This document shows, in pieces, positions 1 to 10,000 of a stretch of 50,216 bases of DNA. This DNA is from Rhizaria sp. SCN 62-66 (lineage: Eukaryota): assembly GCA_001724265.1 (NCBI GenBank), contig MEDY01000214.1:1-50216 (forward strand), given 5' to 3'. The notes under the pieces were generated by a model. The model was not told where the DNA came from. It was given only the letters and a program-made list of their open reading frames with translations, and did no database searches. Every line of letters starts with the position of its first letter. The stretch's first letter is position 1. The translations under genes were made by a program, and so were the position numbers.

Positions 1-1
1 C

Positions 2-3000
2 GCCGGCGCCGCTGCTGCCGCGCACGCCGCGGCCGCCGTGGCCGCTGCGGTGGCGCGTGCAGAGGCTGCCGAGGCCGCGGCCGCGCGCCGCGACGCCGAG
101 GTGGCCGCGCTGGACCGCGAGCTGCGGGCGTCGATCGCGGCCGCTGAGACCGCGGCCGCCGCGCACAGCGGGTGCGCAGAGGCGCTGGCGGCGGCCGAAC
201 GCGCGGCCGCGGAAGCTGACACCGAGGCCGCCGCCGCCACGCGCGAGCGTCTGCTGCAGTACTCCGAGCTGACCGCGGCGCGCGCTGCGGCGGTCAAGGC
301 CGGCGCAGCGGAGGCGGAGGCGCGCGAGGGCGCCGCGGCCGCCGAGGAGCGCGCGCGCGAGGCCGTTGCGGCGACCGAGGTGGAGGCTGCAAAGCGGCGC
401 GCAGGCGAGGTGCACGCGGACGAGATGAAGGACGCGCTCGCGCAGATGCTCGCGACCTATGAGAAGGCGCGCGACGCGGGCGCTGCAGCGGCGCGGGACG
501 CAGCACAGCTCCGGGCCACCAGCGCGGCGCAGCGGCAGCGCGCGGCGACTGCAGCCGAGACGGCTGCGACGGCGATCGCTGCGCTTAAGGCCTCGGCTGC
601 TGCGGCTGAGAAGCGCACGGGAGAGCAGCGGCGCGCGCGCGAGCGGGCCGAAGCCGAGGTGGAGTCGCGCGGGCGCGCGCTGGCGGCGGCCACAGCGGCG
701 GCCGAGGACGGCGCGCGGCAGAGCGAGGCGCTGCGGCTGGTCGCGGCGGCGCTCGAGACCGACAAAGTGCGGCTGCTGGCGCTGCTGCGCGAGCGTGAGC
801 AGCAGAGCGAGCAGCTTGCGGCCGCGCTAGAGTCACTGCGTGCGGCGACGAACAGCGCGCTGCTCGCACAGCCGCTGCCGGCCTCGACTGGCACCAACGG
901 CGGCGCCTCCAGTGGCGGTGCCGCGAGAGGCGCCGCTGGGGCTCCTGCGAGTGGTGCAGGTGCAGCGCCAGCAGTGGCAGGAAGGAGGTCTATCTTCGCC
1001 CCTCAGCGCTTCGATCCCTCAGCGAATCAGGCCAGCAATGGCGGCAAGCCTGGTCCCAACTCCAGCACTAGTGATGCGCCGAGCGACTGCAGGAGCGAGC
1101 TTGTCGCGATCACGCTGGCTGCCACAGACAACTTCAGCAGCAATGCTAGCTCTAGTGCAGGCGCTGATTCCGCTGTGGCGCAGCTCCAGTTCCAGCAGCA
1201 GCAGCAGAAGCAGCGCGAGTACGAGAACGCACTCCAGTCCGCCTCGCGCTCCGCTGCGCACTGCGCCGCCAACTGCGTCCCGCGCATCGCGTCGCTGACC
1301 TCCGCGCTCGCCGCGGCGACGACGCGCGCAGAGGACTTCGAGCGGCGGCTACACGAGGCGCGGCTCGACTTCATCGCGCGCGCCGGCGAGCAGCGCGCGG
1401 AGCTGGAGCTTGACGCCGGCCGGTGGCGTCGGAGGTCCGAGGCCGCCGCTGCGCGCCTTGCCGCTGTCGAGGCCGCCGTCTCTGCCGCACTCGTCGCTGA
1501 GGCTGAAGCCGAGGCTGACGCAGAAGCAGAGGCTGGCGCAGGTGTGAGCCCCGCCTCTGGTAAGCGGGGAAGCGTACAGCGCCGGCTGGCGAGCGAGGCT
1601 GCTGCTGCGGCCAAGCGTGCCGCAGCGGCCGCGGCGGCGGAGGCCAAGCTAGAAGCCGAGGCTGAGGCGCTCGCTGACGCAGACCGGCGACGCACAGGCA
1701 CCCTCAGCAGTGGTGGCCGATGCGCGTTCAGCATCGAGAGCGAAGCCGGTGTGGCGCTGCTGTCCGCAGCACGTCTTGCCTGCGTGTGCCTCAGCGGCAC
1801 TGTGCGTGACGTCTGCGGCAAGTGCGGCTACCTCCAAGTCGGCTGCGGCTACGCCCCCAACACTGGCAGCGACAGCAGTCAGAGGGTGTTGCTGCAGAAA
1901 GATGCCGGCGGCGCAACAGGCGCTGCAGGCCTCGCAGCGGCGTCCAAGGGCGCGGTGACTGTGGGCGTGCTTAAGTCCTTCGGCGCTGCGCTGGAGCAGA
2001 TTGCGCAGCTGCAAGAGAGCAAGCAGCAACTGCAGGCCGGCGCGGCTCAGTTGCAGGAAAGCAAGACAAAGCTCGAGGCAGAGCTTGACGCACTCCGCAA
2101 GAAGCTCGCTGCGACTGAATCTACTACTCCCGCTTCCTTGCTCGGAACCGCGCCTGCGCCTGCGCCCTCCCCCAGCATCTCCGTCTCTGCGCGCAGCGGC
2201 GCGGTTGCAGCGTACGCGAGCGCGACCGACGCTGACGCCGACGTGGACACGAACTACACGACGAACTACAGCCACACGCACAGCAACACTGTCGGCGACA
2301 CGTCGCACAGTGACTGCGCCACAATGCACAGTGCCGGGCCCAGCGCTGTCAACAGCCCTTGCCACAGCCACAGCTTTAGCCAAGGACAAGGCCACGGTCA
2401 AGGCCAATGTCACATCGACAGTCTCAGCAGCCACAGCGCCAGTCACAGTCAGGATGAGAATGAGCTCGAAGTTGCCGGTAACGCCGTTCTCGACCAAGCC
2501 GCAGCTAACTTGAGAGTCGCAGCACAGACTGATGAAAACGCTCTTGGGATTGAGCATACTGCAGCAGCGCGAACGGACGCAACCGTGGAAGACCGCAGTG
2601 CTGTCAGTGCAACCGAGTCCAGTGTCCTTGACGACAGTGTTGCGCCGAGCACCGAGCCCAGTGTCAGCGCCGTTCGTTTGCCTGCTGTGACCGTAGACGT
2701 CTCCGCAGCCCAACTGCCTGCGAGTGAGTGCGCTGACAGCCCCGCCATGCTGATGCCTGCTGCGGTTGCGGATACCGAGCTGTTCACAGTCACCGAGGAA
2801 GAGGGCTATGGCGAAGCTGACGCCGGCTCTGACGGCCACAGCCGACACGGACTTGGACAACGTGCAACTCCCGGCGTTTCCTCTGAGGTTCCGACCGACA
2901 ACGAGGCAACGATCAACCCGCTGGCGCCCTCCGCGGTCACCGGCGCACTGAGCCCCATGGCGTTGGAGCACGTGAATCCGACACCCGAACCCGCGGGCGC

Positions 3001-3097
3001 GAGGAGCGCGAGTGCCCCTGTAGATGCTTCCGACACGCCGAGCCATGCTGCGTTTAGAATTGTTGTTGACGATTCGCACGCACAAGAAAGACAATGA
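2..3097 (+). CDS. Large Ala/Glu/Arg-rich coiled-coil protein of unknown function, 5'-truncated by the window edge
   Basis: The frame is open from base 2 (GCC GGC GCC...) to TGA at 3095-3097. Heptad-like segments (e.g. LEQIAQLQESKQQLQAGAAQLQESKTKLEAELDALRKKL) are followed by a disordered S/H/D-rich tail. GC3-biased codons end at an AT-rich spacer. No family recognised. Confidence 0.75.
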   Translation, partial: AGAAAAAHAAAAVAAAVARAEAAEAAAARRDAEVAALDRELRASIAAAETAAAAHSGCAEALAAAERAAAEADTEAAAATRERLLQYSELTAARAAAVKAGAAEAEAREGAAAAEERAREAVAATEVEAAKRRAGEVHADEMKDALAQMLATYEKARDAGAAAARDAAQLRATSAAQRQRAATAAETAATAIAALKASAAAAEKRTGEQRRARERAEAEVESRGRALAAATAAAEDGARQSEALRLVAAALETDKVRLLALLREREQQSEQLAAALESLRAATNSALLAQPLPASTGTNGGASSGGAARGAAGAPASGAGAAPAVAGRRSIFAPQRFDPSANQASNGGKPGPNSSTSDAPSDCRSELVAITLAATDNFSSNASSSAGADSAVAQLQFQQQQQKQREYENALQSASRSAAHCAANCVPRIASLTSALAAATTRAEDFERRLHEARLDFIARAGEQRAELELDAGRWRRRSEAAAARLAAVEAAVSAALVAEAEAEADAEAEAGAGVSPASGKRGSVQRRLASEAAAAAKRAAAAAAAEAKLEAEAEALADADRRRTGTLSSGGRCAFSIESEAGVALLSAARLACVCLSGTVRDVCGKCGYLQVGCGYAPNTGSDSSQRVLLQKDAGGATGAAGLAAASKGAVTVGVLKSFGAALEQIAQLQESKQQLQAGAAQLQESKTKLEAELDALRKKLAATESTTPASLLGTAPAPAPSPSISVSARSGAVAAYASATDADADVDTNYTTNYSHTHSNTVGDTSHSDCATMHSAGPSAVNSPCHSHSFSQGQGHGQGQCHIDSLSSHSASHSQDENELEVAGNAVLDQAAANLRVAAQTDENALGIEHTAAARTDATVEDRSAVSATESSVLDDSVAPSTEPSVSAVRLPAVTVDVSAAQLPASECADSPAMLMPAAVADTELFTVTEEEGYGEADAGSDGHSRHGLGQRATPGVSSEVPTDNEATINPLAPSAVTGALSPMALEHVNPTPEPAGARSASAPVDASDTPSHAAFRIVVDDSHAQERQ

Positions 3098-3459
3098 GAA
3101 TGAGCGCATGTAATCATGCCGTCTTACAACAAGCAAACAATCGCAACCCGAATCACTTGTACGTATAATTTTACGAACATCAGAGCATTTAATAATTGAA
3201 TTTAAGAATTTTACCTAGAACATTATTTCTATCAAGTACACAAACAATTTATGAATAGCATACAATCTCCTACTTTAACTTGAGATCACGTAGAGAATAC
3301 GTTATTGATACAACGGTTGTGAAACGAAAGAGAGTAAAACTACTTATAGTTTATTATTGAAATGTGACAATGGCCCGAAACAAAATTAATCCTTACATCG
3401 CAAATACGAACTCGCTGTTGGTAGCAAATCACTGATAGCTTCGTGCTCGTTTTGTTCTT

Positions 3460-5571
3460 TCAGATAATATCCAGCTTCTTCGACGCCGGAGCAGCAGCGG
3501 GCTGCGCGGGCGCCGCCAGGGCGGCGGGCGCGGCCTTCTTGCCGCGTTGCCCCTGCTCGGGCGCGGCGGGCGCGCTCTGGTCGGGCGGAATGACATACTC
3601 GTACGACGTCGCAAACCGGGCGCCGCCGACGCCGACAGCGCGCTCCTCCAGGATCACGGGGCCCGTGCTGACGTAGTCGGGCCGCAGCAGCACAGGGCCC
3701 GTGGCGGCCGCGGCAGCGGCGGCCGCAGCGGCGGCGGCGGCCGCAGCCTCGGCCTCGGCGGCGGCGGCGGCCTCGGCTTCCGCAGCGGCCTGCGCCTCGG
3801 CCTCGGCCTCGGCGGCCGCCTCGGCCTCTGCGTCGGCGTCGTAACCGCTGCCGTCGGCGAGCGCGCCGAAGAGCGGCACGCGCACGACGCGCGCGCGCCC
3901 GGCGCGGTCGCGCACGCGCACGGGCACGACGCTGTCGTCGGTGTCGCCCAGCCCACCCGAGCTGTAGACGAGCTTCGGCGCAGTCCCCAGCACGCGTGCC
4001 GCCGCCAGCGCGGGGTCGCCGCTGCCCGACGCCGCGGCGGCCTCGGCCGCGCGCCGCGCCTCGGCCTCGAGCTGGAACTGCGCGGGCATGACCGGCGGGC
4101 CCAGCGGGTCGCCGCCCCAGACCGCGCCGCCCGAGCCGGGGCCCGCGGGGCCGGCGCGGACGGGCGGACGCCCCCACTCGCCCTCGCCGGCGCCCCAGCG
4201 CGCGCCGGGAGGTAGCGGCGCCGTCACGCCGGGCACCGCGAGGCGCGGGTACGCGGGCGGCGGGCCGTGAATCTGCATCGCGGCCAGCCACGGCGGCGGC
4301 ACCGCAGCGGCCGCAGCCAGGTCCTCCTCGCCCTCTGCCCCGCGCGCCATGCCCAGCGCGCGCCGCAGCGCGTATGACAGCGCGCCCGGGCGCTTGCTCG
4401 CGAAGGGCGCGGTGAGCTCCTTGCCTTCGTAGTAGGTCTCGCCGTGGCGCGAGAGCCGCGGCTTGGTCTGGTGCACGAAGAAGGCGTCGTGCAGCACCTG
4501 GAAGTCGATCTCGAGCTTGTGCGCCTTGGGCCGCGCGCGCTCGCGCATCTCCTTGCGCAGCGACTTGACGTCTGTGTCGGTGCCGCCGCGCATCTCGGTG
4601 ATGCCCGTGTCGGCGATGAAGCCCGGCAGCGTGAAGGCCGCCTTCTCCCACCCGCGCTTGGCCTCCAGGTAGCGCCGTTTCTGTGCCCAGTTGACCGGGA
4701 CGGGCACCGCGCCCGGGAGGCACTTGAGCGAGACCAGCAGGCGTGGGTCTTGGGCCGTCGCGTCGTGCGCCTCGACAAGCTCGGGGCGCTCGGCCAGCTG
4801 CTTCAGCTGCGCAATCGGCACGCGCACGCGCTGCTTCCGCACCGACGCAGACGCGGGCTTGTCGCCGCCGAGGGCCTCCGGCGCAGCGGCAGCGGCGGAG
4901 TCGTCGCCGTCCGCACCGCCCGCGAGCTTGCGGGCCTTTTTCTCCGCCTTCTTGGCCTTTTTGGCCTTCTTGGCGGCGAGGCGACGCTTGCGCGCGTCCT
5001 TCTCGTCGTCGGAGTCGCTGTCGCTGTGCGCGAACATGTTTTCCTCCTCGTCGTCGTCGGCGGCGGCGTCACTGTCGCTGCTGCCGCTGCTGTTATCACT
5101 CTCAGAGTCAGAGCTAGAACGGTGACGGCCGTACTCGTCCTCGTCGTCGTCGAGGCCGGCCGCGGCGGCGGCGGCGGCCTTGGCGGCGGAGGTCGCAACG
5201 TAGGTCTCGGCGCGCAGCTTGCTCTGCTCCTGCCAGCGCGCCTCGACGCTGCTCAGCTCGGCCTTGTGCTCGCGCGCACGCTTGCGGCGCTCGGCGCGCT
5301 TCGACACAGCAGCAGACGCAGACGCAGATGCAGACGCGGCGTTAGGAGCAGCAGCGGGTTTGGCGGGCGCAGAGGGGAGGGGCAGCAAAACGGTGGGCTC
5401 CTCGGCAGCGGCAGCCTTGGCGCCTGTGGTGTTACTGTTTATGGTGGAGCCGACAGCCTCGGAGCCAGAGTCCGAGTCGGAGTCGGGGGAGTCGGCGAGC
5501 AGAAGCGCCATGGCGGCTTTCTTGCGCGCGAGCAGCGCCTGCATCTCGGCATCGGTCGGGTCCGCACTCAT
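3460..5571 (-). CDS. SF3B2: Splicing factor 3B subunit 2 (SAP145/Cus1), U2 snRNP; about 703 aa, no intron seen
   Basis: DUF382 motif LKQLAERPELVEAHDATAQDPRLLVSLK...VPVPVNWAQKRRYLEAKRGWEKAAFTLPGFIADTGITEMR...IDFQVLHDAFF...HGETYYEGKE and PSP motif KRPGALSYALRRALGM...PPPWLAAMQIHGPPPAYP. Start taken at the first ATG (5571, MSADP); the upstream in-frame extension is UTR-like. Confidence 0.93.
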   Translation of the reverse strand: MSADPTDAEMQALLARKKAAMALLLADSPDSDSDSGSEAVGSTINSNTTGAKAAAAEEPTVLLPLPSAPAKPAAAPNAASASASASAAVSKRAERRKRAREHKAELSSVEARWQEQSKLRAETYVATSAAKAAAAAAAGLDDDEDEYGRHRSSSDSESDNSSGSSDSDAAADDDEEENMFAHSDSDSDDEKDARKRRLAAKKAKKAKKAEKKARKLAGGADGDDSAAAAAPEALGGDKPASASVRKQRVRVPIAQLKQLAERPELVEAHDATAQDPRLLVSLKCLPGAVPVPVNWAQKRRYLEAKRGWEKAAFTLPGFIADTGITEMRGGTDTDVKSLRKEMRERARPKAHKLEIDFQVLHDAFFVHQTKPRLSRHGETYYEGKELTAPFASKRPGALSYALRRALGMARGAEGEEDLAAAAAVPPPWLAAMQIHGPPPAYPRLAVPGVTAPLPPGARWGAGEGEWGRPPVRAGPAGPGSGGAVWGGDPLGPPVMPAQFQLEAEARRAAEAAAASGSGDPALAAARVLGTAPKLVYSSGGLGDTDDSVVPVRVRDRAGRARVVRVPLFGALADGSGYDADAEAEAAAEAEAEAQAAAEAEAAAAAEAEAAAAAAAAAAAAAAATGPVLLRPDYVSTGPVILEERAVGVGGARFATSYEYVIPPDQSAPAAPEQGQRGKKAAPAALAAPAQPAAAPASKKLDII

Positions 5572-6084
5572 AGGGGTACCTGAAAACGCGCGCGTTGGGC
5601 TGCGAGGCAGGCGATGGGACGGGTACGGGGTCTGGGAAAGGACGAAGAAATAGGTGTGAAGGCACAGTGGAATAAGGGTCAAAATAGGGAAGGAATTGAA
5701 CCACAAGATAAGCTTTCATGCAAAATCGAAAAATCGTTATTAACACTATCAGTAAGATTCAACCTATATTTTGAACGGTGGACTACTATTCTATTGACAA
5801 CAGCTATCCGCATAGGTGTAAAAAAAATAGCCCAAGTCTTTTCTTTGCGGCCGCTGGCTGGTTGCCGTTGGACGAGGCTCGGACACAGACGACTCAGAGA
5901 TGAAGAACAAAGTTGACTAGAAAATGTGACAGAAGAAGACTAATGTATTCAAAAGCGCGTTATCGCAAAGCCTGTGCAGGGTACTACGTGTCACAGGCCG
6001 CCTCGCACAACAGGCGCATATTCAGAGTGACTATCAGAAAAGAGAAAAGAATCACTGGCAAGCAGTCGCAGCGACGCGAGGGGC

Positions 6085-6649
6085 TTACTCGGAGGCCGCA
6101 GCGAGCTCCTCCTTGGTGAGGCCGCCGTCGCTGCCAGGGACGAGCATGGTGACATTGGAGCCGTTGATAAGAGTGCGGTCCAACCGAGTCAGCGTGCGGG
6201 TCTCGCCGGAGTACGTGCTGTGGCAAAGAAGTAGTGAAGACAGAAATGAGTAGTGGTAAGTCGATTGTTACACAGAGCGCGGGCTAAAAGAGCAAATGTG
6301 GAGGAATATGGAACGTACATCTCAACCGCATCGCTGAGGACCATGTTAACGAACTCGTCGTAGCCGTCGAGCGTGCCGACATACTCGATGTTGCCCTTCA
6401 TCAGTACCCAGATCTTGTTGCTGCGGCACTTGTCCACAACCTCTGCAGGGGGACACAAAACACAGCAGAAAGGGGGGAAGAGTAATGGCGCAGGCAATAT
6501 TAGTAAAATGAGCGTGTGGAATAGAAGAGAAACTCGATTATAGCAAGGGGTAGAATTGCCTTAGGGGATGGTAACGTACCGAAAGGAAGGAACTGAGAGT
6601 AGTTGGGGTTATCCACCGTGTGCTCAGTAGATGCAGCCGTCTCAGCCAT
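6085..6649 (-). CDS. LSM5: U6 snRNA-associated Sm-like protein LSm5; 3 exons (6649-6580, 6442-6319, 6217-6085), 108 aa
   Basis: Spliced product ...NPNYSQFLPFEVVDKCRSNKIWVLMKGNIEYVGTLDGYDEFVNMVLSDAVEITYSGETRTLTRLDRTLINGSNVTMLVPGS... matches the LSm5 pattern (LP.E.VDKC, GTL.G.D.FVNMVL, LD..L.NG.N.TMLVPG). Introns are GTACGT...CAG of 137 and 101 nt and restore the frame. Confidence 0.95.
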
Positions 6650-7041
6650 CTGAATCAAGGACAAATACAAGGCTTGAGCGTGAGCTATTAAACATGCAAA
6701 GAGAAAATGTTAGTTCATCAATAAGATAACAAATCCAGCGTAAAACAACGACTCCTAATGGCTATGGACATCGCGAAAGTTAGACCAAACGTCGGTCCCG
6801 CTCACCAAGTTTATTTTTTACGAACCCCGTGGAGCGAGAGCGCCAAGATTCGTCGCTCGTTTCCATGCTCTCCGCCAATAGCCGAGCAAGTCACAGCACT
6901 GTGGATCAACGTTGAACAGTAGTGCCTGCACGTTTCAAGCTGTGTACAACCTTGCTCACGTCTATTTTTGTTATTTACTTGTTCCCACCTATCGTAGTTC
7001 CCTCCCACCGTTCCAACCCCCCGCGCGCCTGCGACTTGCTC
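6650..7041. promoter_or_regulatory. Putative bidirectional promoter between LSM5 and RMC1
   Basis: 392 nt between divergent start codons; inferred from gene geometry only. Confidence 0.5.
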
Positions 7042-10000
7042 ATGGCTTCCACTCGCAGCGCTGCTGTCCCTGTGGCGCCAGCCCACGTGGGCCTGGGCGC
7101 CTCAGTGGTGTGGTACACTGCGCCGCCTGCTGACGCAGCCGCCGCTGCTGCCGCGCGCGGCGCCGAGCCCCCCGCGGCGCCGCTGCACCCTGCGCTGGCG
7201 CTGCTGCCGCCTGGCGCCTCCTTCCCCCCCTCCTCCTACGCCGCGCTCGCCGCGTCATCGTCGGCGTCCTCGCCTTCCGCCAGCGCGTCCTCGGCGTCAT
7301 CCTTCTCGGGCACGCGCGTGTTCTTCGACTCGCTGCACCAGGAGGTGATCCTGCTGCGCGGCTCGCCTCCGACGGAGGCGTTCCTGTCGCACCGCCCCAC
7401 GGGGCGCTGGCGCCGCTTCCCGCTGTCCTTCCCCGACGACCCGTACATCCTCGACGCGCAGATCTCGCACGATTACTCGCTGCTCGCGCTGCGCACCTCG
7501 GACAAGGACGTCCGCATCCACGACCTCTCGCCCGTGGGCAAGGGCGCCATGGTCGAGTCGCGCTCTTGTCGCGGCTCTCTCTCGTCCATGCTCGCCGTCC
7601 ACTGGCTGCCGCCCACCACACACGCCGCCACGGCGACCGCGGCGGCGGCGCAGCAGCAGGCGTGCGCGTCGGTCGCGCTTTCCGCCGCCGCCGCGCTGCC
7701 GCCCGGCCACCCGCTCTCCGCTGCCGCGGCCGCCATCGCGCGCCACACCGCCAACGGCGCGCTGCAGCCCTCGAACCTGTCACTCACGCACGCGGGCGCT
7801 GTGGCCGGCGGCGGTAGCGCGGGCGGGAGCGACCCGGCGCTGGCGGACCCGTTCGCGGTGCCGCTGCCCGCGCTCACGGTCGTGCCCGAACACAGCGACC
7901 CCTCCGCAGTCCCGGGCTCCCTCTACCAAAGCCAGGCCGCGTCGTCGTCCTCTGCCGCTGACGCAGCTGCCTCGGCGGCGCAAAGCGACTCGGAGAGCGC
8001 GGGCGAGGGTCGTGACGCGATGTACGGCGTGGCGGCGGCGATCGCGCGGACGTACGCGCGCCACCAGGCGCGGCTGCAGCGGTCGCGGCTGCGCGCGGCG
8101 GCCGCGGCGGCAGAGGCAGCCGTCGCCGCCGCCACGGCCGCGGGGCTGCCACCGCCCGCGCTCGCCGCCACGGCCGCCGCCGACGCCAGCGAGGCCGTAG
8201 CGCGCGCTGAGGCGCAGCTGCGGCTGGCCGGCGAGCTCGTTGATGGCGACGACGACAATCACGATGACGGCGACAACGACGCCGTGGAGGATAGCATCGA
8301 GGACATGCTCGCGATGGGTTTGCTGCCCACCGCCTTCGCTCCCTGGCCCTCGAGCGGCAACGCAAACGCGCTCACGCACGCCGGCAGCAACCTCGAGGCC
8401 GAGGAGGACGACGACGACGAGGATGAAGACAACGATGACGACGACGACGACGACGACGAGGACAGCGAGGACACCGGCGTGACCGCGCTGACCGCCACGG
8501 TGCGCGAGCCGCAGTCGCTGATGTTTGTGACTTCGCTGGGCGTGGAGCTGCACCGCATGCGCCAGGCGGGGCTCTCGCGCACCAAGACGTACGCGCTCGC
8601 CATCGCAGACCACTGGTGGCTCGCGCCCCCGCTCGACGCCTCGGCCGCCACGCGCCGCGGACTCGCGCACGCCGCGCGGCGGCCTGTGCTGCCCGCCGCG
8701 GCGCCCGTGCCCGCGCTGCTCGTTGTGGTCTCCGAGGACGGCGTCTTCCACGGGCTCCGCGCGGCCGCCGGAGCACTGGCGAAGCTGTGCAAGTTCGAGC
8801 TCGACTACGGCACCCCGGCCGCCGGCGATGACAACGGCGACGGTGACAACGACGACACCGACGACAACGAGCAGGAGGCCAAGGCTGATGCTGACAAGAG
8901 CACCGAGGACGGCGCGACTGCCAAGTCTTCGGCGAGCGTTGTCAAGTCTCAGCAGCCCACCGACGCCGCCGGCGACGACAACGACAATGCTGATGAAGGC
9001 AACGACGGCAACTCTCAGACCGACGGCAAGACCGCGACTGCGAGCAGCAGCAGCAGCAGCAGCAGTAAGACGAACAGCAAGAGCAGCGCGTGGGCGGCGG
9101 ACCTGGGCCACGGCGTGGTGCGCCGCGACGGCAGCGTGCGCGCCATTGGCGGCGGTCTCACCGTCGGCGGCGGGCTCGTCGCCGGCGCGGGCAACGCGCA
9201 GCTCGGCCCCACCGTCGTTATTAGCAGCAGCAGCGCGAACACTGGCAGCCCGAGCACCGCGGTGACGGCTGCGTCGGGCCGCGCGAGTGCGTCGGCGTCG
9301 GGCTACCGGCTGTCGCTGGCGCGGCTGAGCGGGCGCGCGTACTGCGTGCTGCACGACGAGGTCCGCGGCGTCGTCTTCCTGCTCGCGCACACGCTGCCCG
9401 CGCTTGCCCCGCACGCGGCCGCGCACCACGGCGCCGGCCACTCCGCCGCCGCGGCCGCCGCGGCCGCCGCCGCGGGCGGGGGCGGGCTCGTGCAGACGCA
9501 CGTGCTGACGCTGCCGCAGGCGGGCCGCCACGCCATCGCCGTGGTGGACGACACCCTGGTGGCTGTGAGCCTGCGCGACGACGCCGTCAGCGTGTTTGAC
9601 GTCGCGCCCGTGTCGCCCGCCGCGGCCGCCGCCATCGCCGCGGGGCTCCCCGGCAGCGCGGTGCGGCGCTGTGAGCCGGTGGTTGTGGCCAGCGCGCTGG
9701 GCCAGTTCGCCCTCACCTCGCATTACCATCACCACCACCATAGCCACGGCCACGGTCGCGGCCGCAGTCACCATCACCATCATAGCCACCGCAGCGGGCG
9801 CCGGCACGGCCGCAGCGACGGCGCCGGCGACGACAGCGGCGGCGGCGTCTCCGGCTCCGAGTCGGAGTCGCGCTCTCGCTCGCAGTCACGCTCACGCTCC
9901 CGCTCCCGCTCGCGCCAGCCCAAGGATACCTTCACGGTCTCCGCGGGCGCCGGCGCGAGCGTCCGTGAGCGCGGGGCCGCTGGTGGGGCTGCGGACGAAG

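Noticed and set aside
5572..5590. AG just upstream of several start codons (SF3B2, LSM5, IPO5, centrin) as spliced-leader trans-splicing acceptors
   Set aside because: Absent in SPEF1 and others, and divergent promoters with mixed strands fit ordinary monocistronic transcription. Not supportable without 5' cDNA ends.
6922..7041. N-terminal extensions given by the ORF track (also 5572-5706, 13308-13442, 19394-19439, 40601-40675)
   Set aside because: They mostly start at non-ATG codons and run through pyrimidine- or AT-rich UTR or intron sequence. The first ATG or a splice acceptor explains them better.
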